Part shown: positions 26,608 through 35,377 of the stretch, in pieces
Numbering within the stretch: the stretch's first letter is position 1
How the letters are laid out: the number at the start of each line of letters is the position of its first letter
DNA from: Candidatus Limnocylindrales bacterium
Lineage (GTDB): Bacteria; Chloroflexota; Limnocylindria; Limnocylindrales; CSP1-4
Length of the DNA stretch: 64,000 nucleotides
Direction of reading: 5' to 3'
Assembly: GCA_036278755.1 (NCBI GenBank)
Contig: DASUKL010000043.1
Span: 133 to 64,132 of the forward strand
The notes under the pieces: model-generated
The model's database searches: none
Seen by the model: only the letters and a program-made list of their open reading frames with translations
What the model was told of the DNA's origin: nothing
Translations under genes and position numbers: made by a program

Positions 26608-27905
26608 TGGCTCCTGCGGTCCTGCGCCAGGAGCGGCTGCGTGACGCCGCCCTGGACCTCTTCCCGGGCGGCGTCAACAGTCCCGTCCGCTCCTTCGGAG
26701 CCGTCGGTCGGCCACCCCTCGTGCTGGCCGCCGGGGAGGGTGCGACGGTCGTCGATGCCGATGGGCGCCGCTACGTTGATTACATCGGTGGCTGGGGCTC
26801 GGGCATCCTGGGCCATGCCGAGCCGTCCGTCGTGGCCGCCGTCCGCGAGGCCGCCGGCCGGGGCTTCGCCCTCGGCGCGACGCACCCCGACGAGGTCCGC
26901 CTCGGGCTCGCCATCCGCGATGCGATGCCATCGCTGGAACGTCTGCGCTTCACCTCGTCGGGGACCGAGGCGGCGATGAGCGCCCTCCGCCTGGCCCGCG
27001 CCGCGACCGGTCGCGAGCTGATCGTCAAGTTCGCCGGCGGCTACCACGGCCACGTCGACAGCCTCCTGGCTCGAGCCGGCTCCGGCGTCGCCACCCTGGC
27101 CCTGCCCGGCAGTGCCGGCGTGCCGCTGGCGGTCGCCGCGGGCACGATCGTCCTGCCCTACAACGACCCGACAGCTGCTGCGCTGGCCTTCGCCGAACAT
27201 GCCGGCCGCATCGCCGCCGTCATCGTCGAGCCCGTGGCCGCCAACTGCGGCGTCATCCCGCCGCAGCCGGGCTTCCTGGAGCGGCTTCGCGAGCTGACCG
27301 CCGTGGACGGGGCCCTGCTCATCTTCGACGAGGTCATCACGGGCTTCCGCCTGGGGCGCGGTGGGGCCCAGGCGCGCTATCGCGTCCGGCCCGACCTGAC
27401 CCTCCTGGGCAAGATCATCGGGGGCGGCCTGCCGGTGGGGGCCTACGGCGGCCGCCAGGAGCTGATGGCGCTGGTCGCCCCGTCCGGTCCGGTCTATCAG
27501 GCCGGTACGCTGGCCGGCCATCCGCTGGCCATGGCCGCCGGGCTGGCCGCCCTGGAGCGTCTCGACGAGGCCGCCTACCTGGCCTTGACCGCGACCGCTG
27601 ACCGCCTGGCGGATGGTCTCGAGGCGGCCGTGCGGGCTGCGGGCGTGGCGGCGGCCGTGGCCCGAGCGGGCACCCTCCTCAGCGTCTTCCCTGGCCTCGA
27701 GCGGCCGCCCGCCGACACTGAGGAGGCGGAGGGCGTGGACCGGGCGGCCTTCGCCCGGCTCTTCGGGGCGCTGCTCGAGCGTGGCATCCTCCTGCCGCCC
27801 TCGCCCTTCGAAGCCTGGTTCGTCTCCCTGGCCCATGACGAGGCGCTCGTCGATCGGACGATCGAGGCCTTCGCCGCGGCCCTGCCGGCAGCCTTCAGGG
27901 CCTGA
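26607..27905 (+). CDS. hemL: Glutamate-1-semialdehyde 2,1-aminomutase
   Basis: PGGVNSPVRSF, FTSSGTEA, FDEVITGFR, GKIIGGG (PLP lysine). Confidence 0.92.
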   Translation: MAPAVLRQERLRDAALDLFPGGVNSPVRSFGAVGRPPLVLAAGEGATVVDADGRRYVDYIGGWGSGILGHAEPSVVAAVREAAGRGFALGATHPDEVRLGLAIRDAMPSLERLRFTSSGTEAAMSALRLARAATGRELIVKFAGGYHGHVDSLLARAGSGVATLALPGSAGVPLAVAAGTIVLPYNDPTAAALAFAEHAGRIAAVIVEPVAANCGVIPPQPGFLERLRELTAVDGALLIFDEVITGFRLGRGGAQARYRVRPDLTLLGKIIGGGLPVGAYGGRQELMALVAPSGPVYQAGTLAGHPLAMAAGLAALERLDEAAYLALTATADRLADGLEAAVRAAGVAAAVARAGTLLSVFPGLERPPADTEEAEGVDRAAFARLFGALLERGILLPPSPFEAWFVSLAHDEALVDRTIEAFAAALPAAFRA

Positions 27906-28960
27906 TGGAGGAGGCCCGTCTCCCGCGCTTCCTGGCCGCCTGCCGCGGCCTGGATGTCGACGCCACGCCGGTCTGGTTCATGCGCCAGGCTGGCCGCTCG
28001 CTGCCCGAGTACCGGGCCGTCCGGGAGCGCTACGGCCTGGTCGAGATCGTCGGCCGGGCCGAGCTCTGCGCCGAGGTCAGCCTCCAGCCCGTCCGGCGCC
28101 TGGGCGTCGACGCGGCCATCGTCTTCGCCGACCTCTCGACGCCCCTGCCGGGCCTGGGCCTCTCGGTCGAGGTCGTCGACGGCGTGGGGCCGGTCGTCAG
28201 CCCGCTGATCCGCTCCGCGGCGGACCTGGCAGCGTTCCGGCCCTTCGAGCCGCGGGCCGCCGTGGGGCCCTTGCTGGAGGCGATCGGGCTCCTGCGCCGG
28301 GCCAGCCCGGTCCCCGTCATCGGCTTCGCCGGGGCGCCGTTCACCGTGGCCAGCTACCTCGTGGAGGGCGGTCCGTCCCGCGACCTGGCCCGGACGCGGG
28401 CCTTCCTCATAGCCTGCCCGGATCTGTTCGCCGACCTCCTGTCCCGATTGGGGGCGATGACCGCGGCCTACCTCCGGGCCCAGGTCGAGGCCGGCGCCCA
28501 GGCCCTCCAGCTGTTCGACAGCTGGGCCGGGGCCCTCGCCCCGGTCGACTACGCCCTCTTCGTCCGACCGGTCATGGCGACGTTGCTGGCGGATCTGGCG
28601 GACCTCGAGGTGCCGATCATCCATTTCGCCACCGGCACGGCGGGCTATCTCGAGCTGCAGGCGGCGGCCGGGGGCGACGTCATCGGGCTCGACTGGCGGG
28701 TCGACCTGGGCGAGGCGAGGCGGCGGCTCGGCCGTCGACCCGTCCAGGGCAACCTCGAGCCGCAGGGAGTGCTGGCCCCCTGGCCGGCCCTCGCCGCCCG
28801 GGCCGATGCGGTCCTCGCCGCTGCCGGCGACGGGCCCGGCCACGTCTTCAACCTGGGACACGGCGTGCCGGCCGCGGCCGATCCCGAGGTGCTCCGGCGG
28901 CTCGTCGACCATGTCCATGAGCGGACGGCTCGGCGGCCGGCCGGATCGCGGGCCGCATGA
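27905..28960 (+). CDS. hemE: Uroporphyrinogen decarboxylase (canonical copy)
   Basis: PVWFMRQAGRSLPEYR, FADL, YLVEGG, FDSWAG, NLGHGV. Confidence 0.92.
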   Translation: MEEARLPRFLAACRGLDVDATPVWFMRQAGRSLPEYRAVRERYGLVEIVGRAELCAEVSLQPVRRLGVDAAIVFADLSTPLPGLGLSVEVVDGVGPVVSPLIRSAADLAAFRPFEPRAAVGPLLEAIGLLRRASPVPVIGFAGAPFTVASYLVEGGPSRDLARTRAFLIACPDLFADLLSRLGAMTAAYLRAQVEAGAQALQLFDSWAGALAPVDYALFVRPVMATLLADLADLEVPIIHFATGTAGYLELQAAAGGDVIGLDWRVDLGEARRRLGRRPVQGNLEPQGVLAPWPALAARADAVLAAAGDGPGHVFNLGHGVPAAADPEVLRRLVDHVHERTARRPAGSRAA

Positions 28961-30075
28961 CGGCGAGACGCGGCGTGACAGGGAGCGGCCGCGGGACGGC
29001 GAGCGGCGGCCTGACGGTGACTGGCCCGATGTCCAGCCGTGAGCGCTTCCTGGCCGCCTGCCACCGCCGGCCCGTTGACGCCACCCCGGTGTGGTTCATG
29101 CGTCAGGCCGGTTCGAGCCTCCCCGCGGTGCGAGCCATGCGCCAGCACCACGACCCACAGGCCATCGCCCTGACGCCCGAGCTGGCCGCCGCGGCCGCCG
29201 CGGCGCCCGTCGAGGCCCTCGGCGTCGATGCGGCGGTCCTCTTCGCCGACGTGATGCTCCCCTTGGGACCGATGGGCGTCGCGCTGGCCCTGACCGATAG
29301 CGGCCCGCGTATCGAGCGGCCGCTCCGCTCGGCGGCGGACGTCGCGCGCCTGCGGCCCATCGAGCCGGAGGAGGATCTCGGCCCGGTCCTCGCCGGCGCC
29401 CGTCTGCTGCGGGACCAGCTGGGCGACGACACGGCCGTCATCGGTCTGGCCGCCGGCCCCTTCACCCTGGCGGCCTATCTGATCGAGGGCGGTCCGTCGC
29501 GCGACTTCCCCCTGGCGCGGGCCTTCCTTCACGCTCAGCCGGCCGCCTGGGCCCGCCTCATGGGTCTCCTGAGCGACGTCGTCCGAAGCTATCTCTTGGC
29601 CCAGGCCGCGGCCGGCGTGGATGCGGTCCAGCTCTTCGACAGCTGGGCCGGGGCGCTCGCTCCGGCCGACTACGTGGCCCACGTGGCGCCCTACACCCGG
29701 CGTGTCCTCGCCGGCCTGCCCCTGCCGACGGTCCACTTCGTCGCCGGCGCGCCGAATCTGCTGGAGGCCATGGCGACAGCAGGCGGCGACGTCATCGGGC
29801 TCGACTGGCGGGTCGGGCTGGGGGAGGCCTGGGAGCGCCTGGGCTCGGGCATCGCGCTCCAGGGCAACCTCGATCCGGCGCGGGTCCTGGCCGGCTGGGG
29901 CCCGGCGGCGCAGGGGGCGAGGGCGATCCTGGCCGAGGTCGCCGGCAGGCTCGGGCATGTCTTCAACCTGGGCCACGCCGTGGCTCCCGGCAGCGATCCG
30001 GGGGTCCTGCGCGACCTGGTGACCCTCGTCCACGAAGCGAGTCGGGCGGCTCGGCCCGGCAGGGAGGCGGCATGA
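28957..30075 (+). CDS. Uroporphyrinogen decarboxylase paralogue (divergent substrate-binding loop)
   Basis: Same fold motifs, but PVWFMRQAGSSLPAVR (Ser where the second conserved Arg sits, and no EY) and NLGHAV. ATGA overlap at both ends. Confidence 0.85.
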   Translation: MTARRGVTGSGRGTASGGLTVTGPMSSRERFLAACHRRPVDATPVWFMRQAGSSLPAVRAMRQHHDPQAIALTPELAAAAAAAPVEALGVDAAVLFADVMLPLGPMGVALALTDSGPRIERPLRSAADVARLRPIEPEEDLGPVLAGARLLRDQLGDDTAVIGLAAGPFTLAAYLIEGGPSRDFPLARAFLHAQPAAWARLMGLLSDVVRSYLLAQAAAGVDAVQLFDSWAGALAPADYVAHVAPYTRRVLAGLPLPTVHFVAGAPNLLEAMATAGGDVIGLDWRVGLGEAWERLGSGIALQGNLDPARVLAGWGPAAQGARAILAEVAGRLGHVFNLGHAVAPGSDPGVLRDLVTLVHEASRAARPGREAA

Positions 30076-31121
30076 ACGACCCGCGAAGCGGCCTACGTGC
30101 ACATGGAAGCGGTTTGGGGGTCGCGGATCGCCGCGGGGTCCTGCTCATGACGTACGGCTCGCCGGCCGATCTCGACGACGTGCCCCGCTACCTGACCGAG
30201 GTCCGCGGCGGGCGCGCGCCGGAGCCGGACCTCGTCGTCGAGTTCACCCGCCGCTATCGGGTCATCGGTGGTTCCCCGCTGGTCCCCATCACCCGCCGCC
30301 AGGCGGCAGCGCTGGAGGCCCGCCTCGGGCCGGGCTTCCGGGTCGAGGCCGGGATGCGGTTCTCCGAGCCGTCGATCGAGGCCGCCCTGCGCGCCCTGGC
30401 CGGCGACGGCGCGGCCCGGGTGGCGGGCCTCATCCTCTCGCCGCAGTACTCGCCGCTCCTGATGGGCGGCTACGCGCGAGCCGTGGAGGCGGCCCGCGAA
30501 CAGGTGGGGCCCCAGGCCCCGCCCGTCGTCGTGGCCGAGGCCTGGGGCACGGAGCCGGCCTTCGTGGCGGCCCTGGCCGGTCGGATCCGGACGGCCCTGG
30601 CCGAGATGGCCGGGGGCGGGGCGGACGTGCCCGTCCTCCTCACCGCCCACAGCCTGCCCCGCCGGGTGGCCGAGCAGGAGCCCGGCTACCTCGACCAGCT
30701 CGAGGCGACGGCGACGGCCGTGGCGGAGGCCGCGGGGTTGGCCCGCGGGCGATGGCGCTTCTGCTGGCAGAGCGCCGGCCACGAACCGGGGGAGTGGATG
30801 AAGCCCGACTTCGCGGACCTCATGCCGCTCCTGCGGAGCGAGGGCAACGCCGCAGTCCTGGTGGCCCCGGTCCAGTTCCTGGCGGACCACCTGGAGATCC
30901 TCTACGACATCGACGTCGGGGCCCGTGAGCAGGCCGAGGCGGCCGGCCTGGCCTTCTGCCGCATCCGCTCGCTGGACGACGACCCGAGCTTCATCGAAGC
31001 CCTCGCGTCCGTGGTCGAGCGGACCCTCGAGGGCCGGCCCCTGGGGGGTGAGCCCTCGGCGACCGCCTCCGCCACGCCGGCCTGGTCCGTCCGCCGCGCC
31101 GCATCGGGCCGTCCCGTCTAG
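30072..31121 (+). CDS. hemH: Ferrochelatase (probably coproporphyrin ferrochelatase CpfC)
   Basis: LLMTYGSP, IGGSPL, TAHSLP, LADHLEILYDID. Confidence 0.9.
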   Translation: MNDPRSGLRAHGSGLGVADRRGVLLMTYGSPADLDDVPRYLTEVRGGRAPEPDLVVEFTRRYRVIGGSPLVPITRRQAAALEARLGPGFRVEAGMRFSEPSIEAALRALAGDGAARVAGLILSPQYSPLLMGGYARAVEAAREQVGPQAPPVVVAEAWGTEPAFVAALAGRIRTALAEMAGGGADVPVLLTAHSLPRRVAEQEPGYLDQLEATATAVAEAAGLARGRWRFCWQSAGHEPGEWMKPDFADLMPLLRSEGNAAVLVAPVQFLADHLEILYDIDVGAREQAEAAGLAFCRIRSLDDDPSFIEALASVVERTLEGRPLGGEPSATASATPAWSVRRAASGRPV

Positions 31122-31173
31122 GATTCGGGCAGCGGGGTATGGCCAGCTCCCCGCCAGTCCAGCGGAGGACGCC

Positions 31174-32595
31174 ATGCCCGACCCGAGCCCCATCGTCGCG
31201 ACCTCACCTCGCCAGCTGCTCGAGGTGCTCGGTGGCTGCCTCCGCCTCGGCGGCGACGGGGGCCTCATCGTCGAAGACGAGGCTGCCCTGCGGGCGAGCG
31301 GCGCGGCGACCCTGGCCTGGACGGCGACGTTCTCCTCGGATCAGGCCACCGTGGAGGCCGCCCGCTGGCTGGTCTGGGAGGCCTCCCAGGCCCTGGGTGC
31401 CCGCTCGACCAGCATCGAAGGCCTCTATCGCGCCCGCGGCCGGGGCGAGGTGGCCGGCTTCACCGTGCCGGCCGTCAACCTGCGCACCCAGGTCTTCGAC
31501 ATGGCCGCGGCCATCTTCCGGGCGGCCCGGGCCCGCGACGTGGGCCCGGTCATCCTGGAGCTGGCTCGCAGCGAGCAGGAGTACACCTTCCAGCGTCCGC
31601 CGGAGTTCATCACCAACGTCCTCGCCGGCGCCCTGCACGCCGCCTGGGACCAGCCGGTCTTCGTCCAGGGCGATCACTACCAGTTCAACGCGGCCAAGTA
31701 CAAGGCTGACCCGGAGGCCGTCACCGAGGGCCTTCGCCGCCTCATCCGCGAGGCCCTGGCCAGCGGCTACGGCAACATCGACATCGACTCCTCCACCCTC
31801 GTCGACCTGGGCCGGCCCACGGTCGAGGAGCAGCAGCGGACGAACTTCGAGCGGGCGGCCGAGCTGACGGCCCTCATCCGCGAGCTGGAGCCCGACGCCC
31901 TGACGATCTCCGTGGGTGGCGAGATCGGCGAGGTGGGCAAGGAGAACTCCACCGAGGCCGAGCTGGAGGCCTACCTGGCCGGCTACCGGACCGAGCTCGA
32001 CCGCCGAGCGGGTTCCGACGGGCCGGGGGTCAGCAAGGTCAGCGTCCAGACCGGTACCAGCCATGGGGGCATCCCCCTGCCCGATGGCTCGGTGGCCCCG
32101 GTCAAGCTCGATTTCGGGGTCCTCGAGCGGCTCGGGGCGGTGGCTCGTCGCCACGGCCTGGCGGGGGCCGTGCAGCACGGCGCCTCGACCCTGCCGGACG
32201 AGCTCTTCCACCGTTTCCCCAAGGTCGAGACGGCCGAGATCCACCTGGCCACGGGCTTCCAGAACGCGCTCTACGAGCATCCCGCGTTCCCGGCCGATCT
32301 GTACGCCGAGATCACGGCCTGGTGTGACGAGCACTGCGCCGCCGAGCGGACCGAGGGCCAGGACGAGACCCAGTTCATCTACAAGACGCGCAAGAAGGCC
32401 TTCGGCCCGTTCAAGCGGACCCTGTGGGACCTGCCCGAGCGGGCCGTGATCCTGGCCGCCCAGGAGGCCAAGATCGGCTTCCTCATGGAGCAGCTCGCGG
32501 TCGGCGGCACGGCCGAGCTCGTGGCCCGCCACGTCGAGGTGCCCGAGCGCCATCGCCCGGTCCCCGCGGCCCTGTCCGCCGCGACGGTCGGCTAG
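31174..32595 (+). CDS. Class II fructose-bisphosphate aldolase family protein (long form)
   Basis: GFTVPAVN, GDH, IDIDSS, QTGTSHGG, VQHGAS metal/phosphate motifs. GGAGG 6 nt before ATG 31174. Confidence 0.75.
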   Translation: MPDPSPIVATSPRQLLEVLGGCLRLGGDGGLIVEDEAALRASGAATLAWTATFSSDQATVEAARWLVWEASQALGARSTSIEGLYRARGRGEVAGFTVPAVNLRTQVFDMAAAIFRAARARDVGPVILELARSEQEYTFQRPPEFITNVLAGALHAAWDQPVFVQGDHYQFNAAKYKADPEAVTEGLRRLIREALASGYGNIDIDSSTLVDLGRPTVEEQQRTNFERAAELTALIRELEPDALTISVGGEIGEVGKENSTEAELEAYLAGYRTELDRRAGSDGPGVSKVSVQTGTSHGGIPLPDGSVAPVKLDFGVLERLGAVARRHGLAGAVQHGASTLPDELFHRFPKVETAEIHLATGFQNALYEHPAFPADLYAEITAWCDEHCAAERTEGQDETQFIYKTRKKAFGPFKRTLWDLPERAVILAAQEAKIGFLMEQLAVGGTAELVARHVEVPERHRPVPAALSAATVG

Positions 32596-32619
32596 GTCCG
32601 CGGCACGGGCGGACCGTCC

Positions 32620-32718
32620 ATGCGCCGCCTCGAGAACGCTGCCTTCGCCCTCGTCGTCGCCTGTGCCCTGGTCCTGATCCTGCTGCTCCTCTCGGGCGTC
32701 CTGGGCGGCGCCCGCTGA
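32620..32718 (+). CDS. Possible 32-aa single-TM peptide (MRRLENAAFALVVACALVLILLLLSGVLGGAR)
   Basis: In-frame ATG..TGA read by hand in an otherwise empty 230-nt gap. No clear RBS. Confidence 0.25.
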   Translation: MRRLENAAFALVVACALVLILLLLSGVLGGAR

Positions 32719-32824
32719 CCGTCGGCGGGGCCTCGGGCCGAGCCGGCGTACGATAGGCGAGCCGGTGCCCGCCGGCGCGGAGCATCGCCGGACCTTGGCC
32801 CAACCAGGAGATCGAACCTTCACC

Positions 32825-33895
32825 ATGCCCGACATCACCGAGGCGCGTGTCCTCGAAGCGCTCAGCACCGTCCAGGAACCCGAGCTGGGCGGCGACCTCA
32901 TCAGCCGCGGCATGGTCAAGCAGGTCGGCCTCGATGGCAGCAGCGTCAGCCTGACCGTCGACCTGACCACGCCGGCCTGCCCCCTCAAGGACGAGATCGA
33001 GCGGCGCATCCGGGTGGCCCTCGAGCCGCTGGGTGTGGAGGCCGTGGCCATCGAGTGGGCGGCCACCGTGCGGCGGGCCGCGCCCCAGGCCGCCCAGGGC
33101 CTGCCGGGGGTCAAGAACGTCATCGCCGTGGCCTCGGGCAAGGGCGGGGTGGGCAAGAGCACCGTGGCCGCCAACCTGGCCGTGGCCCTGGCCATGGAAG
33201 GGGCCGCCGTGGGGCTCCTCGACGCCGACATCACCGGCCCCAACATCCCCCTCATGCTGGGCATCGAGGGCGCCCCCACCTCCAGCGCCGACAACAAGAT
33301 CAACCCCCTCGAGCGCTACGGCGTCAAGGTCATCAGCATCGCCTTCTTCGTGCCGGAGGGCCAGCCCATCGTATGGCGCGGGCCGCTCGTCGGGGGGGCC
33401 ATCCAGCAGTTCCTCCGCGACGTGGCCTGGGGCGACCTGGACTACCTCGTGGTGGATCTGCCGCCGGGCACCTCCGATGCCCAGCTGACCCTGGCCCAGG
33501 CCGTCCCGCTCGGCGGCGCCCTGCTCGTCACCACGCCCCAGGACGTGGCCCTCGCGGACGTGGAGAAGGCCTACGCCATGTTCCGTCGGATGAGCGTGCC
33601 GATCATCGGCCTCGTCGAGAACATGGGCGCCTTCGTCTGCGCCCACTGCGGCGAGGTCACCGAGCTCTTCGGTCGCGGTGGTGGCGAGCGCTTCGCCCAG
33701 CGCCATGAGATCGACTACTTCGGCTCGATCCCCCTCGACGTCAAGGTCCGGCAGGGCGGGGACGCCGGCGTGCCGGCCGTCGCCCAGCGTGAGCCCGGTC
33801 CCGGGGCCGAGACCCTCCGCGCCCTGGCCCGCACCGTCGCCGCGCGGATGAGCGTGCGGGCAGCCCGCCAGCAGCCCGTCCTCTCGATCAGCTAG
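32825..33895 (+). CDS. apbC: Mrp/ApbC/NBP35 iron-sulfur cluster carrier ATPase
   Basis: N-terminal DUF59-like CPLKD, deviant Walker A SGKGGVGKST and CAHCG cluster-binding motif. Confidence 0.92.
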   Translation: MPDITEARVLEALSTVQEPELGGDLISRGMVKQVGLDGSSVSLTVDLTTPACPLKDEIERRIRVALEPLGVEAVAIEWAATVRRAAPQAAQGLPGVKNVIAVASGKGGVGKSTVAANLAVALAMEGAAVGLLDADITGPNIPLMLGIEGAPTSSADNKINPLERYGVKVISIAFFVPEGQPIVWRGPLVGGAIQQFLRDVAWGDLDYLVVDLPPGTSDAQLTLAQAVPLGGALLVTTPQDVALADVEKAYAMFRRMSVPIIGLVENMGAFVCAHCGEVTELFGRGGGERFAQRHEIDYFGSIPLDVKVRQGGDAGVPAVAQREPGPGAETLRALARTVAARMSVRAARQQPVLSIS

Positions 33896-35141
33896 CTGGC
33901 CCCTCCGACTCGCCGGCACCCCCGGGATCGCCCAGGCGGCGCCAGAGGGTGGCGCACGCCGCCAGCGCGGCCCGGCGCCGGCCATCGGTGCCCCCCAGGA
34001 AGGCGATCTCGTCGCTGACCGCGGTGCCGCCTTCGTCCGCCAGCCCGATGCGAACGGCGGTGTCGCGGCCTGACGGCTCGATCCGCACGGCCAGCCCGAT
34101 CGTCCCCCCTCCAGGCAGCTTCAGACCCGCCAGCTTCCGACCCGCTGGCTTCCGACCCGCCTGACCCCCACTCGCCTGCTCCCGAGCCGCCTCGGCCAGC
34201 CGGCCCACCGAGGCCTGCGTCGTGGACAGGACCTCGAGCCGGGCCAGCCAGGTCGCGCCGCCGATCAGCCCGGCCAGGGCCCCACTCAGGCCGACCTCCA
34301 CCGCGGCCACGCGCCGCTCGCCCAGCCGCCGGGCCAGCGCCTCCGGCCAACCCTCCTCGCCGCGGGCGAAGGTCCAGCGCTCCAGGAGCGGCCCCAGGTG
34401 GCCCAGGGTCGCGCTCAGCAGCTCGGCGGCGGTGCGGCCGTCGGCGGCGCGGGCGTCGACCCGGACGTCGACGGCGTCCTCGCGGGCGTAGGTCGCGACA
34501 TCCGGGTTCGCGGCGCGCAGCAGCTCCTCGCCGATGAGCGCCGCGGCGTCGGATTCGCCGATGCCGGTCAGGCGGAGGGTGGCAGCCGCTCGGTCGCCAC
34601 CCAGGCCGCGGGCCCGGAGGCCGGGCAGGGCCGCGGATCGCCACATGGCGGCCATCTCGCGGGGCGGGCCAGGCAGGGCCACGATGACTCGCCCATCCGG
34701 CCGGTCGATCCACCAACCGGGGGCCGTGCCGCGGCCGTTGGCCAGGGCCCGAGCGCTGGGGATGAGCCAGGCCTGCTTGCGGTTCATGGGCACCATCGTC
34801 CGGCCGCGGCGGGCGAAGAGGGCCTCCAGCCAGGCCAGCAGCTCAGGGTCCTCGGCCGGCGTCTCGCCGCACACGGCGGCGATGGCCTCGCGGGTCAGGT
34901 CGTCGGGCGTCGGGCCCAGGCCGCCGGTGGTGATGACGAGGTCGACCCGGCCCAGAGCGTCGGCCAGGGCCCCGGCCACGAGGTCGAGCTCGTCCGGCAG
35001 GGCGGTCAGGCGGCGGACCTCGACCCCCAGCCCGCTCAGCTCGCGGGCCAGGTCACCGCCGTCGGTCTCGCGGGTCTGGCCCGTCGTCAGCTCGCTGCCC
35101 ACGGCCAGCAGCTCGGCCGTGACGAGGGGGCGGAGGCTCAT
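33888..35141 (-). CDS. cinA: CinA family protein (MoCF-binding domain plus a PncC-like C-terminal domain)
   Basis: AELLAVGSELTTGQ, ITTGGLGPTPDDLT, LPGPPREM. Confidence 0.88.
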   Translation of the reverse strand: MSLRPLVTAELLAVGSELTTGQTRETDGGDLARELSGLGVEVRRLTALPDELDLVAGALADALGRVDLVITTGGLGPTPDDLTREAIAAVCGETPAEDPELLAWLEALFARRGRTMVPMNRKQAWLIPSARALANGRGTAPGWWIDRPDGRVIVALPGPPREMAAMWRSAALPGLRARGLGGDRAAATLRLTGIGESDAAALIGEELLRAANPDVATYAREDAVDVRVDARAADGRTAAELLSATLGHLGPLLERWTFARGEEGWPEALARRLGERRVAAVEVGLSGALAGLIGGATWLARLEVLSTTQASVGRLAEAAREQASGGQAGRKPAGRKLAGLKLPGGGTIGLAVRIEPSGRDTAVRIGLADEGGTAVSDEIAFLGGTDGRRRAALAACATLWRRLGDPGGAGESEGPAS

Positions 35142-35377
35142 CGGCCGACGGTACCACTGGGTCGCCGGGGGAGGGGAGCAGCAGCGGTCTGCCGCTCGGA
35201 CGGGGCTGCGCTACCCTCCAGGCGAGGACAGCCGATGACGCATCCATCGTACGGTTCGGGCCACGACGAACCGCGGCCTACCGGCGGACGTACGCCTTCT
35301 TCGACGCGGGGGAGCGCCTGGCGAGGCAGGCCCTGGGCCGACTCGACTGAGGTCGCGCCTCCAGGCCGCTGGTATCC

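Noticed and set aside
27575-30102. Minus-strand ORFs 27575..28918 and 28645..30102
   Set aside because: They are antisense shadows of the two hemE genes.
31204-33303. 699-aa minus-strand ORF
   Set aside because: It is antisense to the aldolase and apbC genes and spans their intergenic gap with no domain signal.
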